In this document: one piece after another, positions 9,978-20,732 of the stretch
How the letters are laid out: each line of letters starts with the position of its first letter
Position numbering within the stretch: the first letter of the stretch is position 1
NCBI RefSeq assembly: GCF_006345805.1
Contig: NW_021827536.1
Coordinates: 1-28,231, forward strand
DNA: 28,231 nucleotides
DNA from: Octopus sinensis
Taxonomy: Eukaryota
Direction of reading: 5' to 3'
Notes under the pieces: model-generated
Told to the model about the DNA's origin: nothing
The model's input: only the letters and a program-made list of their open reading frames with translations
Database searches by the model: none
Program-made: the position numbers and the translations under genes

Positions 9978-11120
9978 ATGATTTTGAAAACTCTTCATTT
10001 TGCAGACGATCAATTATTCTCTTATTCCAAATCAGGAACACATAAAATTGTTATATGTCCTTTTGAACATGAAAGGATTCAATCTATTCTTTGTGATGAA
10101 CATAATGAAGGACATCCTGGGTTCAATAAAATGTGTTATCTAATTTCTCAAAAATATATTGGAATTAAACAATGTATAATTCGTGATTTTGTATCAAAAT
10201 GCATACCGTGCCAATCATTTAACTCTTTAAGTACTTGTGAAAATATCAGAATGATTTCTGTGGAAAAAAAATACGAAAGATTTATCGCCGACTGTATAGA
10301 TCTAAGGCGGTATTCTGCAAATAATGACAATTTTAAATGGATACTTACTGTCATCGATGCATACACAAAGTTTGCATGGTCATTCGCGTTAGAGAATAAA
10401 ACATCACAAAGCATCTATAATGCAATTGAGAGTTTATTCCAGACTGTCGGTCCTCCAATTTATTTTCATTCGGACAATGGAAAGGAATTCCGCAACAAAG
10501 AAGTTTCAAAACTTTTTGATGATTGGAAAATAACTCCGATATATGGAAGACCAAGGCACCCACAATCTCAAGGACAAATAGAAAGATATAACCAAACTCT
10601 CAAACGTTGGTTGGGGAAGACTTTGTTCGCAACAGAATCTATAAGGTGGAGAGAAATTCTACAGAAGGTGGTGTATAAATACAACATAACTTGTCATCGC
10701 GCAACTGGAAAGTCACCATTTTGGTTAGTCTCTTTTTATTTACCCAGTCTATTTTACGGAATAACGGGTTTTAATATTTTGCCATGTGGAGGCGCAGAAG
10801 AAGAGATTAACTCAGAATCGGAAGAAACGGAATTATCCTTAGAAGTAAAAACTCATAATGAAAAGTATAAAAGAAAAGTTACAGAAGACGCAAATAAAAA
10901 TTTTCGAAAAAAAGATATCACAATTGGAGATAATGTTACAATTAAAATTGATTTCGATAAAAATATAAAAACAAGAAAATATCCACTCACTAGTTTTTTT
11001 AGCAAGGAACAATTTCTAGTAGTGGAAGAAGTTTCTCTGCATTCCGTTCTCGTTGAGAATTGCACATCTGGTGAAAGGAAGACAATTCCAAAGTCAATGA
11101 TTAAAAAAATTAACTTTTAA
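9978..11120 (+). mobile_element. Stand-alone Gypsy-like DD35E integrase/transposase (Ginger2/TDD, KRBA2/SCAND3-like) with one 24-nt intron (10724-10747)
   Basis: HHCC finger (EHNEGH...CIPC), IADCID, HSDNGKEF, and GRPRHPQSQGQIERYNQ with 35 residues between D and E. No RT or RNase H upstream. Splicing gives TGKSPFCLFYG. Confidence 0.85.
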
Positions 11121-11419
11121 AAAATTACATTTTCATTTTATATTCAATCAATTTGTAATGTTTCTTTAAAAATTGTTTCATAATATAAGTGAACTTTTGC
11201 TTTGTTTTATTCGACATAGGAGACGTTGCTTCTATACTGGAAGAAGATCATCTCGTCTAAACCCTTTTCGTCACATAAATAAGGACCGGAAGAGTTTGCA
11301 CAGAATCATATGTAGCGGTTGAATACAGACTCTGTTGAAAACTGAATTTATATTATACGAGACTGTTTGGGACAATGTTTGTAAATTTTATTATCTATTT
11401 TTATGTTTAGTTTCGGTTT

Positions 11420-11525
11420 TCGATTTAGCTCTCGAAAATCCTTCGAAGTGAACTCATTCCTCTCAACACATCGTATTGACATTGCACTGTTCCAAGAGAC
11501 GAGGCTCTCTCCATGTAAACCATAA
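11420..11525 (+). mobile_element. Short N-terminal LINE AP-endonuclease fragment
   Basis: KSFEVNSFLSTHRIDIALFQETRL matches the K..E+..FL....IDI..LQET.L motif. Confidence 0.65.
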
Positions 11526-11602
11526 CTAATTAACAATCGAAGCTATTTCTTTGTGAATTCGTGGTTAATGAAGATACATTACGTAATTCATTTAATTTTT
11601 AG

Positions 11603-11817
11603 AAGAGTCGATAGTGGAAATAGACAAGTGCAAATTTTTTCACAGAAAGTACCATCATTGGCGACCAGGCCATTGGGTATTGGGTGGAATAGACAGGGAA
11701 ACTAGAAAGTACTTTTTTGAAGAAGTTGCAGGTTCTTTTTCCATTTATCCTTTAGACAGGGCAGCGGAAACACTCAATGAAGTTATCGTTCGACGCGTAC
11801 TTCCCAAAAACTCGTAA
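11603..11817 (+). mobile_element. Merlin (IS1595/ISXO2-like) transposase fragment with a 24-nt intron (11732-11755)
   Basis: IVEIDKCKFFHRKYHH...WVLGGIDRETRKYFFEEVA|DRAAETLNEVI...VLP matches Merlin VEIDESKF..RKY.RG...WV.GG+ER.....F...V.DR.A.TL...I...+LPG. Confidence 0.85.
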
Positions 11818-11819
11818 AA

Positions 11820-12180
11820 AGGCAATTACTAAAATTGGAGATTACCGCACTTCTTTGCGGTGAAAGGAATCTATGGCCTTCAGTTTAGTATCCGAGCTCC
11901 CACATGTCAAAGAATTATAAAGTAGACAAGTTCACAAAGGCGTTGTGGAGCCTTGATCTGAGTTGGCAATTTACAGGCCGGGCTTGGAGCCAAGTTTGCA
12001 TATTCTGCTATCTTCGAGTAGAGCCCCATGTTTCTTGACATTCCTCAAAGTTTCAACAAGTCATGTTCGTTTGTTTTATCTCAGTGAATTCAATTTTGGA
12101 AGTGTTGTACGCTCAATTCTTTCTCGATCAGGTCGGCTTCCCGTCCATGAAGCTTTCAGACCGAATTCTTTTTTTCATTA
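11820..12180 (-). mobile_element. RTE-like LINE post-RT fragment
   Basis: Contains LLYNSLT...LKAIDSFHRK, matching LLY..ETW...LD.FHR+.LR. The segment 12107-12156 is homologous (inverted) to 18878-18928. Confidence 0.55.
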
Positions 12181-12789
12181 AATGATTAGGCGTTGTTAAC
12201 ATACATAAAGAATTAATGAAGAAATAATAAATTGACTGCGTGAAAAATACAAAACAATATCTCTTTGAGGAAACCTCCTTATTCTCTTTGATTGAGTCAT
12301 CTCAGGACAACCAGGACCACGAATACAAATAAAACGACCGAAAACACACCTTCTGGTCAAAAACTTTAAAATGGGAAAGAGTATATAGAATTTTAAAAAA
12401 CAGATTAGAAACAGATTAGAGGAATAAAATCGGAAAATATCACAAAAATGACGAAATTTCAGATAATTAAATCACTAAAAGAAATTTCATCACAAAATAT
12501 TCCTTCTGAATCCAATTTAATACAAAAAAATAAAACTAAACTAAATAACAAGAACACCACAACAAACTAATTCAGCGGCATCTATGCATGTGCCATAATT
12601 TATTAGGTTTGCCATCAAAAATTAAGATAATTAAACAATAATTAATGAAAAATAGTTTATAATTATTATTGAAATAATTATCTGTATCTTTTATTTAGGT
12701 TTTTCTAATCGGTCCATAAAAAGTACATCTAATTAAATTTTGTAAATTTCTAGGTTCATTTTTTACTAAGGATAAGTAAAATCATCTCT

Positions 12790-13350
12790 GAAATATATTT
12801 GATCAAAAATACTTCTTATTTAAGACGCCATGTCAAAAGTGCTTTCCATTATCAATGTCTATGCTCCTCACAGTGATATTCTCCGTCGTCAATTCGATAA
12901 GGTTGCTTTATCTGAATCTTGATCATACGGAGGGTCTGGGGTCGGAGTGATCATAAAATGATTGTTGGACGTTAAAGAGACGCTATACGTTTCTTGAATC
13001 GGTGAAATTCCTACCTGGAACTACTTTTCCTCCGTGGCGACTAGGCTCTCATGGAACTTTTTCCTGAAAGAAATCCATATAGCGGCTGGCAAACACATCA
13101 GAAAGCAGACAAATAAACCCAGTCTGGAAAGGTATGCCATCCAGATGTGTATTCACATACCGTTAAGCAAAAAGATCGTAAACTCAAAATTAAAAATAAA
13201 TATGACTGTAACAACAAATATGTATTGAAGAATGAACGTGCAAGAATACAAAGACGATTCAAGAAATTGAATTGTCAGCACGGAACTGAAGTCTTTTTTA
13301 GGAGAAATCGAAGAACTCGAGGGCGAGGCACACATGTTTCATGCAACTAC
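12790..13350 (+). mobile_element. Deleted LINE AP-endonuclease and linker fragment
   Basis: IINVYAP, then SDHKMI, then WNFFLKEIHIAAGKHI, all in the expected order. Confidence 0.55.
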
Positions 13351-14035
13351 TTAAAATAAGAAAATACAGAAAACTCAAAATCATCAACGACATTTGAAAA
13401 ATTATTCAACCCCTGACATGAACATTGAAGTTAAACTTATTAATTCAGTGATTGACAATGCCTTTTAATTGGAACATTCCTATTCGACGATGTTTCAGAA
13501 CCAACGATGGAAAAATTGTCGTTAAATTTTACGTTGAAAAGGAATTTATGGAGTCCTTTATCCACACTAAGACGCATCAAAAAGACTATTATGTATTTTA
13601 AGAAAACAGATGTGCTAACCTTAGTGCTATAAAAACTAAACCGAAATTATTTTGGATATCTCAGATTTTTCTTGAAATAATTTTTGTGGGAATTAAGTTA
13701 GATTTGATCGACGTATCAATTTAACTATTTATGTTCATTTAATTTCGCTTTATTGATGGCGAAGTATAAATTTGCAACGGCTCAAATAATAGATTCGAAA
13801 TATTTGTTTTCTTGATTTTATTTGTTCGTAAAATATGCTTTATAAACACGTTCAATCCTTCAGTCCATCCTCTAGAATAATATTTATGTAAAAATTGTCT
13901 CTAAAAACTACATCAGGCGTCGCAGAGATCTAACCCTTGGCTAATCAAAAAAATTGCCAAAACAGGAGGGTAATTCCTACAACACAATAAAAATCAGCAA
14001 ACTCGCATTTACAGGGAAAATAAGTAAATATAAAA

Positions 14036-15847
14036 TCACACTTTATCCAAATGTGCATAGACTACACGCAATTTACGACGCGGATTCCTCGACCGATTCT
14101 TCCACGGTTTGCCACACTCGTCGGAATATACCCGAGGAGGGTCACGTTGCATTGGATTGTGAGACATGTACCCATATCCAACCGACCCTTCATTCCTCCG
14201 AAAGAACACCTCGTCCAACTTATCCAACAACACGTCCTTCGTCACAGACTCCACACATTTGACGACATCCCGCACCTTCATCCCCTTCACCCTCTCCACC
14301 AGTCCAGAAATAGGCTGATACTCATCCACCGACACTCCAGGCGGGGGGTGGCAGTAAACCAGACATCCCTGAGATGATTGACCAAGCATACAGCCGAGTA
14401 GTCCTTGATCAGTCTGTGGGCAGCCTTCGCGTAGTTTGGCCGTCCTTTGCTCATCCAATTCCTCGCCTCTGCGGATTACTGCCAGTCCCCACCTGCCAGA
14501 GTCCCCAAAAAATCTTCCGTGAGTTTATACTGTGATGGTGGAGGACTATTCTCAGTGAATGTCACATTATAGAACTGCTTGAGCACGCAAATGGGAATTC
14601 GTTGGACAATCTGAATGATACATTCAAAATGTACCAGAATGGCAGGAGACATGTAATCTATCATTGAGAGGGGGCAGTATTGAGGATAGGACTAGTTCAG
14701 ACTGGTCAATCACAAAATTAGGCATGACAAGTCCTGGACAGTCACACAACATCAATTTGTTATCCTCGTGAGTTATTAAATGAGTCTGCAAGTGCTTTGT
14801 CCGGCCTGGGGTGGCTGAGACTGCTGTCTTCTGTTGTTCAGAAGAGCATTGATGGTCGAACTCTTTCCAACATTGGGATACCCAATCATCCCCACAGAAC
14901 ATGTCTCCTCACTCGACATTCCTCTCAACTTTCTTAGCAACTCATCCCGATTTAGAATTGGCCACTCCTCCCTCCTCAGCCAGCCCCCACAAGAGCAGAC
15001 CAAAAGAACACATTCACCCGATCGAGTCAAAATATTTGTTCCAGAACATTCTAGAACATTCCAGAATATTCTACCTCTGGTTGGCAGGCATGAGAAGGTC
15101 AGATTTATTCATAAGGAGAAGTACCTGCTTCCTACCATCAACTTCCTTAACATATTTCTCCAAGTCCTCACAACGAAAGAGGAGAGGATTTCGGGCATCC
15201 ACCAACTGAACCACCACGTGACTGTCCAAATAAATGAATGACGTCACCATTTCTCCACAACCCGCCACAATTGTCTCCATAAATCGATATTTCGTTCATA
15301 AGGAGTGACTCGTAGTTGGTGGGAGGATTGGATTCTACAGTCAGCAGACAGTCTACAGAGAGAGGTTGCGTCTCCAGTCGAGGAAGTAGTCCTTTTCTAT
15401 TCGGTCAAGCACCTGCTTAGTCCAATCCTTGCTCCACGGAGGTCTCCAATACTGAGGACACACAACCTTCGAGGGATTCGAAGATATTCCTTCAAATTCT
15501 CGTGATTTTCACACATTTCCTGTCGCTGGGCATCACTCAGTCCATTTTCGGTGGGGACCACAATTTTATACTCAGGACGGTCTAGAACATTCTGAGTGAG
15601 GAAACTTGCTGTGAAATCCCTGTCGGCCATTTGTGCGAGGGAAATGAACTCTTCGAGGGTACTTTGATGTGTGACTGAGATCAAAGGCGGCCGTTCTTTG
15701 ATGTGTGGGGCTGCATTTTCGTTTAGTGCCACCTGGAAGTAAATATTGAGGAAGTACAAAGTTGTTAGTGTTGTGTCTTCGCTTATTTTCTGCTCGTTTA
15801 TTACCGATTAGACTCTCTCCTAGGTTGGCTGTTCGGGGTCTTGGCAT
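14036..15847 (-). CDS. LSG1: LSG1 large-subunit GTPase (60S export factor), copy 1; frameshifted in this sequence
   Basis: At least 9 introns of 22-26 nt. Spliced motifs: LRIPRRPPW, WRRNL...TPYERNIDLWRQLWRVVE, VQLVDARNPLLFRCEDL, NKSDLL, GYPNVGKSSTINAL, VSATPGRTKH, DCPGLV, KDY..G.LVYCHPPPG, GKPWK...YAHLD. Small indels at about 14665, 14833, 14975-14995 and 15018 relative to copy 2 break the frame. Confidence 0.93.
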
Positions 15848-16049
15848 TGTTGTTGTCTAGTTTTGATAATTACAACAACAGACAACTCACACGTTTAAAT
15901 TTAAAAAAACATTAATACTTTATTAAATAAGTTTTTAATAAAATAAATACAAACAGTATAACTTTAAAATTAGCACAAATAGTTCAAACGTTTAATAATA
16001 ATAACATATAGTACGTGAAATTTCCGAGAAATGTAACAAAAATAAGTGG

Positions 16050-17400
16050 AATAGTCGCTGCACTCGTTGCCGAGCCTATTTCTCTTCTTTTATAACTTAC
16101 CTCAGTGGAGGATACATGTCCTCTGTGTGAGAACATTAATGAAGGTATATATAATGTCCTTAGTGTCGAAAAATGATTTGTGTTTCCTCGATTACATGCC
16201 TTCCAATATGTCCGAACGGCCCGATCTGAGGTTTGGTTCGTACGAGTGAGGATCTAGGCCTCCTGTGTTTATATTTATGCTTGAAGTGTCTTGTTTGAAG
16301 GTAAATAACGGGCTGGTGGAGTTTTATTGCACGTATTTGAAAGATTATGTGCTTTCCGTTCTCCCTAAGTTTAATTTGGCTTGTCATTTCAGGAATGGCA
16401 AGAAAATTAAAACATTGAAGTGGCGTTCGTAACTTATACAAAAATAACTCTCTACAGCTACTTAGTCAGAAATTTAAATATTTATTGATAGTTGAATCGT
16501 CCCCAGATGATGACTATTCAAAGACATTTGTGTGCCAATGACACCTTAATTAAGCCACAGATTGATGGGTTATCTTGTTATGTTTATTGCAAGTATTTTG
16601 TTGTTGATTAGACAGGAATATTCCAAAAGCAGCACAAGTGAGTGCATTCTGGGCCCAGTCATCACATTGGGCTGTGAGTAGGTTAGTTCCTCAAATTGCT
16701 GGTTTCCACTCGGCCCTCTCCACGGCCAATGCACCCGGGGCACTCTACATCAGATCGTGGCAGTTCCAAAAAGGTGGGAATTTGCATCGTCTATTATATA
16801 AATAGGATTTGTTGAGTCCTCAAAATGATTATTATGACAAATTGGAAGAACTTTGTGCTAAAACTTGCTGTTTTTGTTTGTTTCCAAACACACACTCTGT
16901 CGCCTCTCTGCGTGTACTGACGGGCTTCGGTTTCGTCGGCGGCAAACCAAGGCTTTGATTGCTGTTTCACTCTAAATACCTGTTTAGGTATTTATTGGGT
17001 GACATTCCGTAAAAGTCGTTGAAACTGCGTCATATGGCAATTTCACGGAAGGGAATTGGCCCAAATTAAAAAACGTGGCTGTTCTCGACGAGTATTCGAC
17101 TAATGCGATCAAGTTGTCTGTGAATAGCAACTTTTCCTCCTCCGGCTTTGCCTATTTCCTGGTTTTCTTCGCTTTTTATGTAGTAGGCACTGATAATATA
17201 CAAAACATATTCGGACAGAGGATGCTCCGTGTGCATGACGTTGCATACCTCTCTACTTTGGTCACTCTGGTGGACAATTCCGACTGTTTTGGACTCGCGA
17301 CGTTGTTCTGCAAACGGTCGTTCTGCTTCATTCGAGTCGCTCGATGTTTTGATCAGCACTCTCCGTCCTGTTTCCTGCAACTTTCGAAACTTTGGGCGAC
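16050..17400 (-). mobile_element. Possible heavily degraded LINE
   Basis: Only scattered motifs in the expected order (LQET, IISAY, KPWF, LRSG). Weak support. Confidence 0.3.
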
Positions 17401-17868
17401 AGAAGGCTTTTTTATTCAGTTTTGTTTTTTTGTATTTTTCAGATTCTGGTTTCGGCGTATTTTATGGATCAGAGACCAAATGGATGAAAAATGGTTGATG
17501 GGAGTGCTTGGAGTTGCTTCTATCAGTCAATTCGATCCCAACACTTTTCAAAAAGTGTGTTATGTGTTACTCTTCAAAAAGTGTGTCTTCATAAGCTTTG
17601 TGACTGGTTGTCCATAGTTCGTTCCAAACAGCCTAATATTTGCCATTTTTAGTTTTTGTTGGCATACGGTAACGCTAATGAACAGATTCAGACGGCAAGC
17701 GTCCGAAACTTTTTGGTGGAAAGTCCTGGTTTGGTGGTGGGAAAGTTATATCAACAGTTTTTGATTGATAATATTCATATTACTATTTCCGATAGTTGAT
17801 ATTTATTCTTTTTTAATCTATACCTTTCCAAGTTCAAAGTGGGATTTTCCAAATTCAATATGGGATTT

Positions 17869-18783
17869 TTTTTTTTATTAATGCAAATTTAATACAGTCA
17901 AATTAATTAATAGAGAATTAATGTCGTGAACTTGAGGGTTAGTCCGACGACGAAGCACTGCGGATAGAGAGGCAGTTCCCGCGAAGAATTGCACCGAGAT
18001 GCGCTGGAAAAGCCAGCTCGTCTCCCTCCGGTCATTTGTATTCTGTGAGATTCTTCCTCTCACAACCCGTAACAGATTTCTACCTTCTTTCCACCACCCC
18101 GGAGGTCTCAAAGGCTAGGGGGACAACTCAACGACGTTCGGAAGCACAGCGTACTTCGTCAACTTCCTTTCTTCTGCCAGCGCACATGCGTAGCCGGTGT
18201 ACTGGCTGTTCCTGTGAGCACAGTATCTGAAAAGGAGTCGACGCAAGTTACATCCCAAACAAGAGACCTTCCTCCTCTAAAGGGGAATATAGTCACCCGT
18301 CAGGACGCTTTCCGTCACTGCGGCAGAGCCCAATAGGTCAAGGTCGATGGGAATCCCGCAGAATCCAAGCCCTTTTCACCACTTCATTGAGGAGGACGTG
18401 GCGGGGAAATCGGCCAGCACTCCTCTACAGGACAATGCGTGTAAACCGTTCGAAGGAATCAAAAAACCACAGCGACAACGTGAGGTTGGCAGTTTCAAGT
18501 CCAAGTCGAAGACACACTCCGATACGTATAGTTTCGTCTTCCATAAGCAGACCATTGGACGCCAACGGAAGTGCGTTAGCCAGTCTCCTGAGTGAGGCGA
18601 CAGGCACAGTTCAAAAAGCCAGTTCCAACTGTCGACTCGCGTGCGAAGACTCTCCAACAGGTGTGTGCACCAGATGACATCCCAACTCTTCTGTATTGAA
18701 GGAATCTCCGGAAGGCCAAGTCCGAGCGATCTCCAGGCGAGAACAGCAACAGGGTATTCCGTAAGCTCATCAAGTTCGAGTGC
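17869..18783 (-). mobile_element. 5'-truncated CRE-like non-LTR retrotransposon with poly(A) and a 10-bp TSD
   Basis: Across frameshifts: PHSGDW.NALPLASNGLLMEDETIRIGVCLRLG, CRCG...GLHALSC, GLCRSDGKRPDG, SLVWDVTCVD, AEERKLTKY, D.RETSWLFQRISV. Poly(T) on + at 17866-17876. TATGGGATTT at both 17859-17868 and 18784-18793. Confidence 0.9.
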
Positions 18784-19289
18784 TATGGGATTTCCAAGTT
18801 AATTTTAAAATATTGAAAAAAAATCATGACTCATTTGTGTTTTTACTATTTGATAATAACTACAAGTTAATTAATTAAAAGCTTCATGGGCGGGAAGCCG
18901 ACGCGATCGAGAAAGAATTAGAGCGTACTATCGCAAGGATATCCGCTCGAAAAACCATCTCGATTTGCCGGCGTAAACGAAAAAATTAAAATGTTACGTC
19001 CTTGTAATTTAATAAAGAAGGCAATAGTCCTTGGATTATGGCTATTCAAGAGTCCTTGGAACCACCTCTTAAATCATCCTTAAAGCCTTCTTTTATCCAC
19101 CTGTATGCAGTTGTTCTTTCTATTCCGAGAGAAAATGCAACTTGATTCCAATCCCCATCATTTTCGTAAACGGTCAACAAATTTTTTCTTTTTTCAGCTA
19201 ATTCTTTCTTTTTATTACGTACATTTTGTAATGTAAGGCGATTTTAAATTAATAAATGAATTAATAATAATAATTCAATAACCGACTTG

Positions 19290-19390
19290 AAAATCCTTGA
19301 ACTAGAAAATCCCATATTGAATTTGAAAATCCCACCTTGAACTTGGAAATCCCATATTGAATTTGGAAATTCCCATATTGAACTTGGAAA
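19290..19390 (-). repeat. 20-21-bp tandem repeat (TTCCAAGTTCAATATGGGA-type), about 5 units; inverted copy at 17826-17868 plus 18794-18800
   Basis: On +: GAAAATCCCATATTGAATTT, GAAAATCCCACCTTGAACTT, GGAAATCCCATATTGAATTT, and further units. Confidence 0.85.
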
Positions 19391-19573
19391 GATATATTTG
19401 GTTTTTGAAACTGTTTTTATTCATAAAGCTGAAAGAGATTGATAGGAAATGTAACTTTAATCGGAGCCTTCTATTAAAATTAACAGCACAAATAGTCTCA
19501 CACCTAAACAATCAACACGTCTAATATTTGACTTTAAACATATAATCCAATCAGTAAATGTATAAGCCGATAA

Positions 19574-20610
19574 TTAATCAGTTGTTTCATTGACTTTTCT
19601 GTCATTATACTGTTTATATAATGCACAAATAATGTCTCCCGCAACATGATCATTGACATTGTGGGAGACCATTATCAGAGCTAAAACTCCATCAGACTGC
19701 AAGTATTCGTCAACAAAACGCAAAAAGTATCATCCGGGTCACTTCTCAGTTGAACTGGATGGATGAGCAGTCTCCCCCATTCAAATATGCTCCAAATGTT
19801 AAGACAGATCACACCTCCCAGCCAAAACCAATAAAAAATGAACATCCCCTCCAATATCCGTTCATGGAAAAAACACACTGAACTGTGTATTTTTTCCCGG
19901 CAATCTCTTCTCCCAACTCACGGATATAAAACTCACAGAGGGACTCTCGAGGGAATGCCGGAGACCATCTGCGGATTCCCGAATATAATTCTGGGCGAAT
20001 TGCCAACCATAAAACCCAAAAGTGCCACCAGAGAGGAGAATATCAGTCAACACAAACTGGAGTAGACATTGAGTAAATACAGTATTTTGCAAGTAATGTA
20101 CGTCAAAGTGAGACAATTAGTACACCACTTTTTGTATGCTCTGTACTTGAAATGCAGATTAAAATGCATAAGTGATAGTTCGACAAGTTCCTCTCTGTTT
20201 TGTGTGTCGTATTTGGAAAATAGTTCTATTAGAGATGACAAATCGAGTCCGAAGTGTCCACAGTTGAGTCTCCAGAACAGTCTGGGAAGTTGACAGAGGA
20301 ATGCAAATGTGAGGAATATAAACTGTGTCCACTGATAATACCGAGGGTGGTGTGTCCCGGATGTGTTGACAGAGTGGATGTCCACAACCCAGCAGACTGA
20401 CTGAGTATATAACACATAGTCCACTGCAATAAAGCACATTATTACCATCATCTGACAAACACATAATTGGATTGAACAAACACTGAAAAACAGTCGCAAT
20501 GACAGTAAACACAACTAACAGCAAACACGTATAAAAGTGAGTGACACGGTCATGAAATGGTCGTCTCTCTGTGGCTCAAACACACTCTTTACTACTTCCC
20601 AGAGGTCCAT
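19574..20610 (-). CDS. Innexin (invertebrate gap-junction channel), about 340 aa, one 22-nt intron, five apparent 1-nt frameshifts
   Basis: MDLWEVV...DDHF.DRVTHFYT...NPIMC...SVCWV...RYYQWTQF...LPRLFWR...KILYLLN...FPRESLCEFYIRELG...YTVQCVF...MFIFYWFW...FVDEYLQSDGVLAL. All four extracellular Cys and the YYQW signature are present. Confidence 0.9.
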
Positions 20611-20732
20611 TTCCTGTGGCGTAATTACGTAATATATATGATGTGTTTAGTCAATTTATTTCGCATGGATCCTCACGTGAAACTATCGATTTCGCAATTA
20701 AAAATGAATTTATTAGTAAGGAAGCAGACGAG

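Larger units (their letters stand above)
17821..19394 (-). mobile_element. Deleted Tc1/IS630-like DNA transposon with minisatellite-built TIRs and TA flanks
   Basis: Left end TA|TACCTTTCCAAGTTCAAAGTGGGA; reverse complement of the right end TA|TATCTTTCCAAGTTCAATATGGGA. Internal HTH-like ORF from the ATG at 19224: MYVIKRKELAEKRKNLLTVYENDGDWNQVAFSLGIERTTAYRWIK...RGG. Confidence 0.6.

Noticed and set aside
9978-11120. Integrase as part of an LTR retrotransposon or Polinton
   Set aside because: No gag, protease, RT, RNase H, LTRs or pPolB nearby, and it contains an intron.
13954-14377. + strand ORFs overlapping the LSG1 3' end
   Set aside because: These are antisense shadows rich in H/P/T because of the local C/A skew.
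14036-14458. 140-aa ORF (and its twin at 27176-27598) as an independent gene
   Set aside because: It is the last LSG1 exon (GCLVYCHPPPG onward), with an N-terminus read from the wrong frame.
17075-17617. 180-aa hydrophobic + strand ORF as a membrane protein gene
   Set aside because: No recognisable motif and no micro-introns. The F/L/V richness is what the antisense of an A-rich degraded element produces.
19574-20610. Viral innexin (ichnovirus vinnexin) or an endogenous virus
   Set aside because: It has a host-type intron, lies next to housekeeping CLU1, and no viral genes are present.
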